Shown here: piece by piece, positions 62,836-64,000 of the stretch
How positions within the stretch are numbered: position 1 is the stretch's first letter
How the letters are laid out: every line of letters begins with the position of its first letter
DNA from: Camelus dromedarius
Taxonomy: Eukaryota
NCBI RefSeq assembly: GCF_036321535.1
Contig: NC_087467.1
Span: forward strand, 2,666,001-2,730,000
Length of the DNA: 64,000 nucleotides
Direction: 5' to 3'
The notes under the pieces: generated by a model
Databases searched by the model: none
The model's input: only the letters and a program-made list of their open reading frames with translations
Told to the model about the DNA's origin: nothing
Made by a program: the position numbers and the translations under genes

Positions 62836-63182
62836 CTTTAACATTTTTTATTGATTTATAATCACTTTACAATGTTGTGTCAAATTCCAGTGTTCAGCAT
62901 AATTTTTCAGTTATTNNNNNNNNNNNNNNNNNNNNNNNNNNNNNNNNNNNNNNNNNNNNNNNNNNNNNNNNNNNNNNNNNNNNNNNNNNNNNNNNNNNNN
63001 NNNNNNNNNNNNNNNNNNNNNNNNNNNNNNNNNNNNNNNNNNNNNNNNNNNNNNNNNNNNNNNNNNNNNNNNNNNNNNNNNNNNNNNNNNNNNNNNNNNN
63101 NNNNNNNNNNNNNNNNNNNNNNNNNNNNNNNNNNNNNCTTACCATATGACCCAGGAATCTCACTCCTGGGCTTGTATCCAGA
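62836..63182 (-). mobile_element. Young camelid-type L1 with inverted 5' segment, spanning an assembly gap
   Basis: Left arm is a reverse 3' end; right arm is forward ORF2 LPYDPGISLLGLYP; TSD aggttta(t/c)atatttt at 62821-62835 and 63183-63197. Confidence 0.75.
62916..63137. other. Assembly gap (222 N)
   Basis: Run of N. Confidence 1.
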
Positions 63183-63677
63183 AGGTTTACATATTTTTGA
63201 TGCTATTTTAAATATGACCTAATTTTTTTCAGTTATTTATTGCTATCATATAGAAGTAAAGTTGTTTTGATTACTGTTTTTTTTTAATCCTACAACATTG
63301 ACAGAATCTTTTATTAGTGGTAGTAGTGTTTAGTTAATTTTTCAGATTCTCTAGGATTTCTATATAGACACATGTCAACAGCAAACAGAGGTGATTTGAT
63401 TTCTTCCTTTCCATATGGATGCCTCATATTTCTTTTTGTCAGGCTTTATTACTCTTGCTAGAAACTCCAGAATAATTTTGAACAGAAGGAGTGAGAAAAC
63501 AACAGATTTCTGTATATTAGTCTTGTATCCTACAACTTTACTGATTTCATTCATTAATTATAATAGTTGTTTTTTTTTCCCCAGTTGCTGGAGATTTTAC
63601 AGTTTTTTTATATATAGTATCATGTTACCTGAAAATAGTGATGGTTTTACTTCTTCCCTTCCAATTTGAATGACTTT

Positions 63678-63972
63678 NNNNNNNNNNNNNNNNNNNNNNN
63701 NNNNNNNNNNNNNNNNNNNNNNNNNNNNNNNNNNNNNNNNNNNNNNNNNNNNNNNNNNNNNNNNNNNNNNNNNNNNNNNNNNNNNNNNNNNNNNNNNNNN
63801 NNNNNNNNNNNNNNNNNNNNNNNNNNNNNNNNNNNNNNNNNNNNNNNNNNNNNNNNNNNNNNNNNNNNNNNNNNNNNNNNNNNNNNNNNNNNNNNNNNNN
63901 NNNNNNNNNNNNNNNNNNNNNNNNNNNNNNNNNNNNNNNNNNNNNNNNNNNNNNNNNNNNNNNNNNNNNNNN
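63678..63972. other. Assembly gap (295 N)
   Basis: Run of N. Confidence 1.
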
Positions 63973-64000
63973 ATACTCCTAAATCCATAAAGCTAAAGAA

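Larger units (their letters stand above)
61830..63677 (-). mobile_element. Old L1 (L1MB/L1MC-type) 3' UTR and ORF2 fragments, interrupted by a young L1
   Basis: Reverse L1 3' end (ttatattgtggtgtaactgacatac...) and reverse ORF2 segments (gattttgacagagattgaattgagtccacagatcaatttaggaagaatt; cttcctttccatatggatgcc). Confidence 0.85.

Noticed and set aside
62851-63990. ORFs spanning N runs
   Set aside because: Artefacts of assembly gaps; only the LPYDP...YP piece is meaningful (L1 ORF2)
1-64000. Search for conserved microRNA, snoRNA or snRNA genes and for a gene name
   Set aside because: Only short seed-length matches to miRNAs I checked from memory, none with a precursor hairpin; no sequence let me name the locus. 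BLAST and Infernal searches are needed.
1-64000. Many TGA(C/G)TCA (AP-1) and AAAGGTCA (NBRE) motifs
   Set aside because: Counts by eye are close to what 7-8-mers give by chance in this length, and several lie inside repeats

Overview
Mammalian nuclear DNA, most likely from a camelid (alpaca, llama or camel). The evidence is two tRNA-derived Vic-1-like SINEs and several young L1 3' ends of a type I recognise from camelid genomes, with no Alu, B1/B2, Bov-tA, CHR or PRE-1 seen. I recognise no protein-coding exon, and none of the listed ORFs resembles a host protein; the only protein homology is to L1 ORF2 remnants. The window looks like intergenic or large-intron sequence: ancient L2, MIR, MER and MaLR fragments, three ERV1-type solo LTRs, seven short L1 3' insertions (several with clear target-site duplications), microsatellites and two assembly gaps. 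The non-repeat signals worth follow-up are a CpG-retaining, motif-dense region at about 3.8-5.8 kb with three + strand splice donors, exon-like segments at 16223-16459, 24354-25.4 kb and from 27004 (together suggesting an unannotated + strand spliced non-coding RNA, which is inference only), and a second CpG-retaining element at about 32.6-32.9 kb. Retrotransposition oddities include a probable twin-primed 5'-inverted L1, a tandem L1 3'-end dimer inside one TSD and a ~60 bp L1 with a 16 bp TSD. I found no convincing novel biological system and could not identify the locus. Repeat subfamily names and old-repeat boundaries are by-eye approximations.
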